A DNA stretch of 56,429 nucleotides from a virus (lineage: Duplodnaviria > Caudoviricetes). Within the stretch, counting starts at the first letter, position 1; each line of letters opens with the position of its first letter. Location: IMG/VR virus record IMGVR_UViG_3300020438_003800, positions 1-56,429 of that record. The stretch is one strand, 5' to 3'. The notes under the pieces were generated by a model. The model was not told the origin of the DNA. It made no database searches and was given only the letters and a program-made list of their open reading frames with translations. Position numbers and translations under genes: made by a program. Below, one piece after another: positions 1 to 8,750 of the stretch.

Positions 1-671
1 TGTGTGTCAGGATACTTAACTGGATCACAGTAATCTTTCATCTGTTCGTACCAGTCATCTGCGTCTGCGTGATTCTCACCCTGCAATACGTTTAAGAACT
101 TACATGCACCTGTACGATGTTTCATAAAGTAGTCATTGTTAATGCGTGTTGCTTTGACTGCTTCTGCGTATGTACTAATACCTGTTGCTTTTGCACCAGC
201 AGGTGAACGTGCAACCCAGGCTGGAATATCAAGTATCATTCCATAGTCCATGTAAGCGTCCATCCAACGCAATACACCGTCTCTTTTCTTTTGTGCTTTA
301 GGACAATTAATGTCTTTCCAATCGCCTTCCCAAACACCCTTACCAATTTGAAAACCACCAGAGTCGCCTAGTAGCCAAGTGTTTTCTCTATCTCTGTTAC
401 GTACCATATCTTCTTTGGGTACGTGCTTTGTTGTGTCTAAGTCAGCATGTCCTGCAGAATAGAGTGTCCATTTATATTGAAACGCTCCGTCTGTTTTATT
501 AAGATAATTTAGTGTTTCAACACCGTTCTGAAAATTATTAGGAATACGTGTAGATTCAACATACTCGTCATACCGCTGTTTACCTACATAAGTTGCATAG
601 AAACCACTTAGTGCGGGAAGAAAATGCGCATAATCATTCTGTGCTGTAGTTAAATCTTTATTCTTACTCAT
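1..671 (-). CDS. dpdA: TGT-superfamily transglycosylase, DpdA-like (putative 7-deazaguanine insertion); 3' end runs off the window
   Basis: Not in ORF track. Manual translation from ATG 671 (ATGA overlap with upstream stop): MSKNKDLTTAQNDYAHFLPALSGFY...WLLGDSGGFQIG...GMILDIP...FLNVLQGE...; open to position 1. DSGGFQ, LD-x-P and V-x-QG are TGT motifs. Confidence 0.7.
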   Translation of the reverse strand, partial: MSKNKDLTTAQNDYAHFLPALSGFYATYVGKQRYDEYVESTRIPNNFQNGVETLNYLNKTDGAFQYKWTLYSAGHADLDTTKHVPKEDMVRNRDRENTWLLGDSGGFQIGKGVWEGDWKDINCPKAQKKRDGVLRWMDAYMDYGMILDIPAWVARSPAGAKATGISTYAEAVKATRINNDYFMKHRTGACKFLNVLQGENHADADDWYEQMKDYCDPVKYPDT

Positions 672-1099
672 TCGTGTTCGCCACCTTTGCCACGGCCATT
701 ATAACCGCCAAAGTATTGTGGTTTACGTTTTGCTGTTTCGAATGTTGCTACTGTTACAGCAATTGCGGCTAATAGTAGTACGTGTAGCATCATGCTAACT
801 ACTCCTGCCCACATACTACCTACAACAATAGAAAATACAATACACCACATCCATGCCAATACTTGCATAATCATGTGTCGTGTGCTGAAGTCTGGAATGT
901 TACTGAGTGGATTTTTTTCGTGATCCATTACTACATTCCAACAGTTATATACCCATTCTCTCATTGATATTACCTTTCTAAAAATTACCTTTGTAGGATA
1001 GTGAGCGTCAACATCATCACGATATTCGATTGCATCATTCACATCGTGAAACTCTTGTGATACTTTACGATCTTTGAAGTATGCTGTCACTCTATACAT
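668..1099 (-). CDS. Hypothetical membrane protein (two TM helices); possible internal start at MREWVYN
   Basis: Hydrophobic QVLAWMWCIVFSIVVG and MLHVLLLAAIAVTV; SD-like AAAGGT precedes the internal ATG. Confidence 0.65.
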   Translation of the reverse strand: MYRVTAYFKDRKVSQEFHDVNDAIEYRDDVDAHYPTKVIFRKVISMREWVYNCWNVVMDHEKNPLSNIPDFSTRHMIMQVLAWMWCIVFSIVVGSMWAGVVSMMLHVLLLAAIAVTVATFETAKRKPQYFGGYNGRGKGGEHE

Positions 1100-1101
1100 T
1101 T

Positions 1102-1830
1102 TTATTTACTTTGTGCCGGAAGTATGTAATCATACTTTGCCATGCCACTATCGACACTAATCATCATAGCGCCTTGGTCGGAAATACTCATAGTAAGATC
1201 GCCGTCCAATCCTAAAATACTTTGTACTTGTGCTACTGGCCAACTCCATGTGTGTTGTAATTCGCCTTCTACACCATGCTGGAATACAAACTCGCCTGCG
1301 TGTGTACTTGCATCGCCAAAACTAAACACTAAGCTGCCGTCTTTAGTAGTTACATTAAATGTAGGCTCTTCTGAATGCGCCGCACTCATAAGCTTCATAC
1401 GTGCAATACTAGCAACACTTGGTTGAAATTCTACATTCCACTGTGCTCCTTTAAACTTTACAGTTTTAAGTTTTTCTTCGATAATTTGCTTATTCATAAA
1501 GCGATAATCATTTTGGAAATCGCCTGCTGTATTTTCAAAGTGGATGTGTGTTGGGATAGTTTCGCCATTGCGTTCAGCTTGTACTACATCAATCTTAGCA
1601 TCTTTTTGATACTCTGGATTTTTTAAGTGTAACGCTAACTTATCTAAATTAGGCATACCAAATGTGCCTACGAATTCTGATACACTATTATGTGTACTAC
1701 CAGATAAAATTACCGATCTATCATCTGCCATAGAATCAATTGCGGTGTTATCTTCACTGCTCACTTTGACTAGTGATAAAAATCCTAGTGCATGTGTATG
1801 TGCTACAACGTCTTGTAAAATATCTTTCAT
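1102..1830 (-). CDS. DNA polymerase sliding clamp (gp45/PCNA-like)
   Basis: 242 aa; C-terminal strands ending KYDYILPA resemble clamp C-termini; near a polymerase with a C-terminal clamp-binding motif; SD GGAGA. Confidence 0.65.
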   Translation of the reverse strand: MKDILQDVVAHTHALGFLSLVKVSSEDNTAIDSMADDRSVILSGSTHNSVSEFVGTFGMPNLDKLALHLKNPEYQKDAKIDVVQAERNGETIPTHIHFENTAGDFQNDYRFMNKQIIEEKLKTVKFKGAQWNVEFQPSVASIARMKLMSAAHSEEPTFNVTTKDGSLVFSFGDASTHAGEFVFQHGVEGELQHTWSWPVAQVQSILGLDGDLTMSISDQGAMMISVDSGMAKYDYILPAQSK

Positions 1831-2568
1831 TTATTTGTCTCCATTTGTATTAAGTATAGTATCAAAGCCTTTATTTGTCAAGAACTCTTTTACAGTGTGT
1901 TTAGGATAAAATCCTAATTTGTTTAACTCTAATGTATTAGCCTGTGTAATTTGTCTTTCTCCGGGTGTATTTAGGCGAACAGGAAGATCGGGCCTAATAT
2001 TTGAAATTTTAGTTGTAATACCTGTCCCTACATCAATTGGTCCTTTTACCTTACTACTCATAATTAGACCAATTGCAATACATAAGTCTTCAATGTGGAT
2101 AAAATCTCGTTCATGTGAAGTTACATATTCTAACTTATTATTGAGTAATTTATCAAAGAACATGTTAGCTCTTGGAACATCGCCATATACTGTATGAAAC
2201 CTCATAAAGCAAACATTAGGATGCGGAATAGATTCAATAATATTTTTACTTGCTGCATATGGATTCAAATGAGGTTCGTATTGGGAACTTGATCCTGCAA
2301 CTAGTACTCTTATATTCCTATATCTATCTAGTATACGCTTTGTGCCTTCTACATTATTGTACCAGTACTTCTTGGGGTCTTCCATGCTTTCCCTTACACC
2401 CCCGATACCTGCAAGGTGTATAACTATATCAACATCTGGCAGTTCACATGTTAATATATCATCTTCCTGATTTTCTTTAATATCTCGACCAATTATTTCA
2501 AAGTCTTTAAGGAACTCACAAAGTTGAGTACCTATAAAACCTTTATGACCAGTTACTAGTATTCGCAT
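1831..2568 (-). CDS. NAD-dependent nucleotide-sugar epimerase/dehydratase (extended SDR)
   Basis: ILVTGHKGFIG Rossmann motif, VIHLAG, YAASK catalytic YxxxK, RDFIHIEDL. Confidence 0.9.
   Translation of the reverse strand: MRILVTGHKGFIGTQLCEFLKDFEIIGRDIKENQEDDILTCELPDVDIVIHLAGIGGVRESMEDPKKYWYNNVEGTKRILDRYRNIRVLVAGSSSQYEPHLNPYAASKNIIESIPHPNVCFMRFHTVYGDVPRANMFFDKLLNNKLEYVTSHERDFIHIEDLCIAIGLIMSSKVKGPIDVGTGITTKISNIRPDLPVRLNTPGERQITQANTLELNKLGFYPKHTVKEFLTNKGFDTILNTNGDK
1853..1881 (-). promoter_or_regulatory. sigma70-type promoter for clamp/dpdA genes, embedded in the epimerase 3' end
   Basis: TTGACA-17 nt-TATACT on minus strand; shares the context GTTCTTGACAAAT with the 7484-7512 promoter. Confidence 0.75.
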
Positions 2569-3250
2569 CTAATAACCTCCATGTGTTTCTCCAATCTTTT
2601 ACATTAAAATTTTTGCCTGATACATTTACAGCTGCTAATGGGTAATCATTGCCGCCTTGATCAATTCTATCTCCATAAAAATAAATTTTATCTTCTACTT
2701 CAAAGTCTTTTAGTATTTGACTTTTGTCTGCGCCAACTGGACCAATATCTATTCCTGTTTCGCCACCTACTGTCGCTGTAATATCTTTGAATAAACTGTT
2801 GATTTGAAATGCAATTGTTTCTCGTTCTCTACTATCTGTATCATGTTTTATATACAACTGTCGTTCATCGTAACTGCAATTACGTCCTACAATGCTAAAA
2901 TTAACCATTCCCGGACGTTCTTCAATATGATTACCTGTACGTAAAGAAAAAGAACTTCCTTGTAACCAACCTAGCAATATTGCTTTAAGGTCGTTTGGCA
3001 TAGTCCAATCACTTGTTTTTATATTTTGACCTTTTTCATATACATCGCTACCTGAACAGTTATATACTTTCTTTACAGCCATTACTATGTCATTACCTAC
3101 TTGTTCTACTGTTTTTGCATAGTCACTGCCAGTAACAAGATAAACATCATTGTTATTACAAAAGTTTAGAAAAAACTCTTGAAATAACTGATCCATTCTT
3201 CCTCTGCTAGGAGTTAATGTACCATCAACATCAAATACGTACTTAATCAT
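2543..3250 (-). CDS. HAD-IIB phosphomannomutase (PMM1/2-type)
   Basis: FDVDGTLT, VTGSD, IEERPGMVNFSIVGR, GGETGIDI, FYGDRIDQGGNDY motifs. Confidence 0.85.
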   Translation of the reverse strand: MIKYVFDVDGTLTPSRGRMDQLFQEFFLNFCNNNDVYLVTGSDYAKTVEQVGNDIVMAVKKVYNCSGSDVYEKGQNIKTSDWTMPNDLKAILLGWLQGSSFSLRTGNHIEERPGMVNFSIVGRNCSYDERQLYIKHDTDSRERETIAFQINSLFKDITATVGGETGIDIGPVGADKSQILKDFEVEDKIYFYGDRIDQGGNDYPLAAVNVSGKNFNVKDWRNTWRLLDANTSNWS

Positions 3251-3659
3251 TGTCTTTTTCCGTAACCCGCTTTCTTAAGTCACTACTACTGAATCTGTGA
3301 TCTCTTTTGTTAAAATATAGTTCTATACCTCTACTAGCACATATAGCTCTACCTGTAAATGTACCATCTCTATACTCTTGTCCTAATATTCTAACATCAA
3401 TTGGATACATTGTCAAGATATCTTCTAGGTCTTTTTCAGTACCGTAAGGAATAATTTCATCTACATATGAAACAGCTTTTAGTTGTGTGTAACGCTCTAC
3501 TACAGTTTGTATAGGAGCGTTCTTTTCAGGTCTATCTAAACTTGGATCAACTTGTAATCCGCAAATCAAATAATCACATTGTTCCTTTGCTTCCCGTAAC
3601 ATAATTATATGGCCTGCATGCAAAAGATCAAATGTACTACAAGTAAATCCTACTCGCAT
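3243..3659 (-). CDS. Glycerol-3-phosphate cytidylyltransferase-like (TagD family) nucleotidyltransferase
   Basis: TFDLLHAGH HxGH motif, YVDEII, SSSDLR. Confidence 0.85.
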   Translation of the reverse strand: MRVGFTCSTFDLLHAGHIIMLREAKEQCDYLICGLQVDPSLDRPEKNAPIQTVVERYTQLKAVSYVDEIIPYGTEKDLEDILTMYPIDVRILGQEYRDGTFTGRAICASRGIELYFNKRDHRFSSSDLRKRVTEKDND

Positions 3660-3766
3660 TCGTCATCCTCCTCTTTGTATCTAGTGCTTTCAATAATATC
3701 CAATAACGATTGTATTTCTTCAGCGTCCTTTTCTGTGTCTAGCTCTATTTCTAATTTAATTTTCAT
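3650..3766 (-). CDS. Small acidic hypothetical protein (38 aa)
   Basis: Below ORF cutoff; MKIKLEIELDTEKDAEEIQSLLDIIESTRYKEEDDECE fills the gap and overlaps both neighbours. Confidence 0.55.
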   Translation of the reverse strand: MKIKLEIELDTEKDAEEIQSLLDIIESTRYKEEDDECE

Positions 3767-4170
3767 GTTTGTAGTCCTTGGACCAAGTTCATAGCAACTG
3801 CTGTGCCGCTAATAGCTGATCCTATCATAATTGCTCTATCACTCCATGTCATGCCAACAAATACCCATCCACACGAGCTAAGAATATAAAGTGCTTGTCC
3901 ATAAAGTGTCCATCCTGCACTGAGTGCAAATACCCCTAGTACTGCTAGTATCATACTAGCCCATTTAACATACCAGTCAATAGTTCCAGTTGGTGTAGTA
4001 GGAGTAAGGTCTTCTACTTCTGCTTGTACTTGCGCAAGTTCTTCTTTGAGTCTTTTGCGCTCAATATTAAGTTCCATAGCCAGCTTGCCTGCTTTAGACA
4101 TTTGACTGTTTTGGAATCTATCTCTAGTTTCCTCAGTTAGTTCATCTTCTAATGCGTGTTGTTCGCTCAT
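3763..4170 (-). CDS. Hypothetical membrane protein (N-terminal coiled coil plus about 3 TM helices)
   Basis: Start moved to ATG 4170 (SD GGAGG); WYVKWASMILAVLGVF...GWVFVGMTWSDRAIMI. Confidence 0.7.
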   Translation of the reverse strand: MSEQHALEDELTEETRDRFQNSQMSKAGKLAMELNIERKRLKEELAQVQAEVEDLTPTTPTGTIDWYVKWASMILAVLGVFALSAGWTLYGQALYILSSCGWVFVGMTWSDRAIMIGSAISGTAVAMNLVQGLQT

Positions 4171-4171
4171 A

Positions 4172-6844
4172 TCATCCTCCAAAGTCAAACAAACTTGTAA
4201 ATGTGTTGTGACGTTTAGTATCTTCTAACGGATAGTTAAGCACACCAATTAAGTTGTCTAACTTATTATCAATAATAGTTTCTGCCATTGCTGCATCATC
4301 AAACGGAAGTTCTTTGAACCATTCTGGAATACGTAGTTCATCTGTTGGATACGCAACACTTGTGTAACCCAGTGGATTCTGTTTTAGTTTACAAACAATA
4401 ACCTTCATACCATCCACAATCTCTTGAGAATATTTATCACCGTTCATACGCTTCAATGTATTCCAGTTGAGACTTGCACGAACATGTCCAGGCATATTTG
4501 CCTTGCCTTGTTTTTCTTCTAGTCGACGATAATGTCCAACTTTGTTTGCACGTTTAGGCGAACCTTTCTCCCAACCAGGACGTTCACTAAACTCCATACG
4601 GAACTGGGTAATGCGTTCTAGTACATCTTCTTGAGGGACATCAGTAAGCACCATTAGCAATAGCTCTTTTAAGAAGTCTTGCATAAACACAGGTGTATCT
4701 GACCTACGCAAGTCTAAGCCCATTGCTTTTACTTTCCCCGGTTTGCCATCTGTATCTGTTCTAAAACCTTCATTATCTACAACTAGTGCCGCATAACGCT
4801 TTTTAGTAATATACAAACCCGACTGTGCTACAATTTCTCTACCTGCCGCAATAACATCACTTCTACTCTTAGGACAATGAAATGCTCGCATCATGAAGTT
4901 AGGAAATGTTGTGTTTGCTTGTTCACATATTTGATCATATAGCGTGATAGCCTTTTCAGGAGACCATTCTAGTTTGTTAGAACTAACGTCATCTTTTAGC
5001 ATAGGCCATGCACTAAAGTAACAAGAGTCAGTGTCACCATATATCATTGCTTTACCTACATGATCGTACTCGCCTGTAATACAATTGTTTACCTCAGCAC
5101 TCATGTGCTTAACAATACTGCGTCCTGTAAGTGTAGTTGACTGTCCAATACGCTTATCAAAGAATCTACAACCAGGATTAAGAATAGCACCATACAAACT
5201 ATTTAGGTTAATCTTCTTAACTAACTGCCGCTTATCCCAATATTCAATCTCTGCTTCGTTGCCTGCATCTTTTGCCTTCTTCAACATTTTCTGCATATCT
5301 TTACGTTCAGCATACCAACGCTTTAGTAGTCCAGGAATAACACCTTCAAACTCTGTTGTAAAGATTGTGCCATTTGCACTAAGCATCCAAGGCATTTGCG
5401 AATCAAACACCAATTGATAAATCTCTGCGCCGCTTAGTACATCAGATCGACCATCTTCCCAATCAACAGTTAGTGCAACATCTTTGCGTTGCTCCATTAC
5501 GGCTTCGTATTCTTCTGTACTAAATCTTCCTTCCCAACTACCTGCAAAACTCTTCTTCTTTAGGGTCATATCTTCGTGTACACGACTGTCACTAATTTCA
5601 GGACGTATTTGTCCCACAACAGTTTCAGGAGCCATGTTCAATGCACGAATCACACTAGGATATAGTGAATTCAAATCCATTGATGCAATCCACTTGTGCA
5701 AGCCCTTCTTAGGGAACGCAACGTATGCGCCTGCCGCCTGTGTGTTTTCTGTATCGTCACGTTTTGGACGATTGGGCACACGCAAGTCTCTATTATGTGC
5801 TTCGTTTACAATACCTTGTTCTGTAACAGCAACAGCACCCATTGTGGTCTGTAGTAGTACAGTGTTTTCGTGTGCAACAGTATTGCTTAGATCAATAAAG
5901 CGTAGTTTCTTGTCTAGTTTGTCAAGTAGTGCTGTATCTTGAATATTATATTCAATAAACTTACGAAAGTCATTGTTGTATAATTGATCAAGTGTGCCTT
6001 CATATGGCACCTTGTTTTCACCTACTTCAATTTCACCAATAGCATCTAGTCTATATGTGTGACGCTCTTCATATGTGTACTTACGATATAGTTCTAAACT
6101 GTCTAAGTGTACACGACCTACTAGATCAAATGTAACCGCTTGCTTCCCATATTTTTCATACTCACGTTTCTTGGGAAGTTGACCCCACAAACAAAATCTA
6201 CGTGTATCATCTTTGCTTAGTACACGACTTGTTCTGTTTACAGTATAAGGAATATCATAACCTTCGCTGTTCCAACCTGATAAAATATCAGCATCTTCAA
6301 TTAGTGTTAAGAACGTGTCAATCATATCACCTTCACGTTCAAACAGCATTACATTGTCAATGCCTTCTAGTTCTTTTTTAGCTTGCTCCATTGTAAGTGT
6401 CTTAGGCGGAACAGCTAAACATACCATAGTTTCTAGCCATTGTAAGTATACACTAATACTTGTAATTGGCATGAAAGGATCTGCTGGATCAGCAAAGCCG
6501 CGCTCTGGATCAAAGTCAGTCTCAATATCAAAAAAAGCAATGTTTAGTTTAGGAGCATCTTGATTAAGATAGTTTTCACTCAAACACTGAAATATAGGAT
6601 TGATGTCACTTTCAAATAGTTTCTTGCTTTTGTTAATAGCAACTTCTTTACGAAAGTCTTTAGTATTCTTACAAACAATGCGTGTGAGAGGATCGCCAAA
6701 CACACTTTTGTATTTGCCTCTTTGATCTTCATAATAAAAAGTATATTTTGCTTGATATTCACGGTAATCACGCTTACCGTCTTTTCGTTCTACAACACGT
6801 ATAATATCTTGATCGCGATCAAACATCGCATCTACGTATGCCAT
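4172..6844 (-). CDS. polB: Family B DNA polymerase (T4 gp43-like) with 3'-5' exonuclease
   Basis: ExoI FDIETD, ExoII GWNSEGYD, ExoIII YNIQD; DLNSLYPS, KINLNSLYG, YGDTDS, KKRYA; C-terminal TSLFDF clamp-binding motif. Confidence 0.97.
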   Translation of the reverse strand: MAYVDAMFDRDQDIIRVVERKDGKRDYREYQAKYTFYYEDQRGKYKSVFGDPLTRIVCKNTKDFRKEVAINKSKKLFESDINPIFQCLSENYLNQDAPKLNIAFFDIETDFDPERGFADPADPFMPITSISVYLQWLETMVCLAVPPKTLTMEQAKKELEGIDNVMLFEREGDMIDTFLTLIEDADILSGWNSEGYDIPYTVNRTSRVLSKDDTRRFCLWGQLPKKREYEKYGKQAVTFDLVGRVHLDSLELYRKYTYEERHTYRLDAIGEIEVGENKVPYEGTLDQLYNNDFRKFIEYNIQDTALLDKLDKKLRFIDLSNTVAHENTVLLQTTMGAVAVTEQGIVNEAHNRDLRVPNRPKRDDTENTQAAGAYVAFPKKGLHKWIASMDLNSLYPSVIRALNMAPETVVGQIRPEISDSRVHEDMTLKKKSFAGSWEGRFSTEEYEAVMEQRKDVALTVDWEDGRSDVLSGAEIYQLVFDSQMPWMLSANGTIFTTEFEGVIPGLLKRWYAERKDMQKMLKKAKDAGNEAEIEYWDKRQLVKKINLNSLYGAILNPGCRFFDKRIGQSTTLTGRSIVKHMSAEVNNCITGEYDHVGKAMIYGDTDSCYFSAWPMLKDDVSSNKLEWSPEKAITLYDQICEQANTTFPNFMMRAFHCPKSRSDVIAAGREIVAQSGLYITKKRYAALVVDNEGFRTDTDGKPGKVKAMGLDLRRSDTPVFMQDFLKELLLMVLTDVPQEDVLERITQFRMEFSERPGWEKGSPKRANKVGHYRRLEEKQGKANMPGHVRASLNWNTLKRMNGDKYSQEIVDGMKVIVCKLKQNPLGYTSVAYPTDELRIPEWFKELPFDDAAMAETIIDNKLDNLIGVLNYPLEDTKRHNTFTSLFDFGG

Positions 6845-6913
6845 TCATTTCTCCTCGTTGCTTTTGGCCAACATAACCTTCTACCTGCTCGTAAGTGAGC
6901 GACTCTATATAAC

Positions 6914-6943
6914 ATTATAGCACGAATATTTGAAAAAGAGCAA
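6914..6943 (-). promoter_or_regulatory. sigma70-type promoter (extended -10) for the polymerase
   Basis: TTGCTC-18 nt-TATAAT with TGn immediately before the -10; SD GAGGAG before the ATG. Confidence 0.6.
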
Positions 6944-7196
6944 TCGAATTCATTACAACAAACCATGTACAAAGGAAAATTGTAAATGCAGCTTTTCTTA
7001 TAACTGTGCTAATTAATCCTAAAATACTTCCTACAAGATACATAGGAATAAAAATTTCCGTAGCAGGGTCAAGTACAGTAAATGTCAGTACTGCACTTGC
7101 ACCCACTAGCATTATCGTTTCAAGCAACTCGCACCAAAATGCAAATGGACTTAAACGATAACTTTCTCGAAAGAATTCATGAACTTTTGCGATCAC
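6915..7196 (-). CDS. Small hypothetical membrane protein (3 TM)
   Basis: 93 aa, mostly hydrophobic; GTG start coupled to upstream stop. Confidence 0.7.
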   Translation of the reverse strand: MIAKVHEFFRESYRLSPFAFWCELLETIMLVGASAVLTFTVLDPATEIFIPMYLVGSILGLISTVIRKAAFTIFLCTWFVVMNSIALFQIFVL

Positions 7197-7453
7197 TTAT
7201 CATAACCTAAAGTAGTAATAAGTGTTTCAAGATCATCATATGCATCAGCATGTGAATCCCAATCACGTTTTTGTGCAATTTTAATTGCTTTGTTAATTAA
7301 GCTAGGCTTAATGTCCATTTCTTCAGCAACGGCTTTAACAGTTTCTTTAAGTCCTTGATTAAGATCTTCAACTTCCTGCAATACTGTAACACCTTCACGC
7401 ACAAGACGTTCTAGCTTAGACTTTTCTTCCTGGCCGTAAGTTCGACTACCCAT
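7193..7453 (-). CDS. dsDNA-binding protein, T4 DsbA / GapR-like
   Basis: Helical EVEDLNQGLKETVKAVAEEMDIKPSLINKAIKIA pattern; SD AGGAGA; strong promoter upstream. Confidence 0.65.
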   Translation of the reverse strand: MGSRTYGQEEKSKLERLVREGVTVLQEVEDLNQGLKETVKAVAEEMDIKPSLINKAIKIAQKRDWDSHADAYDDLETLITTLGYDK

Positions 7454-7483
7454 ACTACTCTCCTATTAGTTCATGTTATATAC

Positions 7484-7512
7484 ATTATACGGTATATTTA
7501 GACATTTGTCAA
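7484..7512 (-). promoter_or_regulatory. Consensus sigma70 promoter with a nested late-type TAAATA
   Basis: TTGACA-17 nt-TATAAT; spacer contains TAAATA (7495-7500). Confidence 0.85.
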
Positions 7513-7531
7513 GAACTAATAGCGAGTTTTT

Positions 7532-8323
7532 TTATTTTTTTGCGTTAAGTTTTGCCCAGAGTTGGGCTTTGATTGATTCGTCAACAATAGGTTTTTTGTG
7601 CTTTTGTTTACGATCTGGTTTGTTTTTGTTAAATTGATCTTTATGTACACCTGAGCCACTTGATTGTGCATGTGACGCAACAGGGTTTCTCTTTTTAGCC
7701 ATTCGAGCTCTTTTTCTTGTAACATCTACAGGATGATAGCTAGCGCCACCTTCGCGGACTAGTACTGTTCGGTCACCGTCTTTTTGCATCTTATAACCTA
7801 TAGCAGATAATAGATCAGCATATTCTTTATCTGTATGATCGTTTTGTACCCAGTTACCAAGTAAAGTTTGAATCATATCTATAAGTTGTGATTCTCCGTT
7901 GATTACTAGTGGACCTTCTGAAACTTTATTTTTTTGTTTAGAAGGTGATACATATTTTTTATTTGCCTTTGGATCATCTTTTGGATCATCTTTTGGATTA
8001 AATAAGTCCTTACCTTTATTAGGTCTAACCATATCAATAGTATTATAATTTTTCCAACCGTGTGCAGCTGCTTTCTTTAGTCTATCAAATCTCTCGCCTT
8101 CATTGATAGCAACACCTGCTAGAGCAGCGAAGTCACTTAAACTGTAGTCACCTTCAACTGGCATTGTACCTTCTTGTACTTTGACACTTTCTTGCACATA
8201 ATCCACAGCCTCTGCTACATTTTTCTGCGGTTGACCAACAGACTCAGATAGTCTACGTAAGTCTTCAGCTCGATCACTTGGATCTAAGTCAAATAGTTTC
8301 TGTTGTAGTTTACGATAATCCAT
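7532..8323 (-). CDS. Putative internal head protein/polyprotein with multiple [VIL]-x-E sites
   Basis: VQE-S, VQE-G, INE-G, VSE-G, VRE-G, VDE-S separate charged segments, including a K/R/H-rich one. Confidence 0.55.
   Translation of the reverse strand: MDYRKLQQKLFDLDPSDRAEDLRRLSESVGQPQKNVAEAVDYVQESVKVQEGTMPVEGDYSLSDFAALAGVAINEGERFDRLKKAAAHGWKNYNTIDMVRPNKGKDLFNPKDDPKDDPKANKKYVSPSKQKNKVSEGPLVINGESQLIDMIQTLLGNWVQNDHTDKEYADLLSAIGYKMQKDGDRTVLVREGGASYHPVDVTRKRARMAKKRNPVASHAQSSGSGVHKDQFNKNKPDRKQKHKKPIVDESIKAQLWAKLNAKK
7968..7998. repeat. In-frame 12-bp tandem repeat (about 2.6 copies, PKDD-PKDD-PK)
   Basis: tttggatcatct x2 plus tttggat. Confidence 0.85.
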
Positions 8324-8326
8324 TAA

Positions 8327-8728
8327 TTATTCTTCTAATTTTTTAAGTTCTTTTAATTTGTAGCGTAATGCTGATTTATACGGATCGTTAGCACTTTCTG
8401 CATGCATTGCTGCCATATGCTTCTTGTATTTTTTACTGCCTTTTTTGTGTGGGCTTTTGCCTTCGCCTACTACAGACTCGTCGCCCATTGGACTTTGATC
8501 ATAGTCCATATGATGATACACACTACCAATCATGTCTGCTGATTTAGTAATCTTAGATTGTACCCAACCTTCTAAGCCTTCTGCTTCACTTACACCTTTT
8601 AGCATGTCGTGTAGTTTGATTGCATACTTTGCTAATTTGTATAGTTCAGCACGAGCCATTTGTACTTCATGGTCTCTTTCAGCAACATCTGCTAATTCGC
8701 CTAATCCTTCTTGAACTTCTTGTGTCAT
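8327..8728 (-). CDS. Putative internal head protein (DHEVQMAR helical module plus basic module)
   Basis: VQE-G and VGE-G sites; late motif and SD GGAG upstream. Confidence 0.6.
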   Translation of the reverse strand: MTQEVQEGLGELADVAERDHEVQMARAELYKLAKYAIKLHDMLKGVSEAEGLEGWVQSKITKSADMIGSVYHHMDYDQSPMGDESVVGEGKSPHKKGSKKYKKHMAAMHAESANDPYKSALRYKLKELKKLEE

Positions 8729-8750
8729 TATTGTGCTCCGTAAAAACGTT

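Noticed and set aside
1100-1108. TAAATA 3 nt before ATG 1099 as another leaderless promoter
   Set aside because: Formed by the Ser-Lys-stop codons of the clamp gene, and spacing is shorter than in the other cases.
7968-7998. 12-bp tandem repeat as a phase-variation switch
   Set aside because: Unit is a multiple of 3 in a low-complexity linker, so copy changes would not shift frame.
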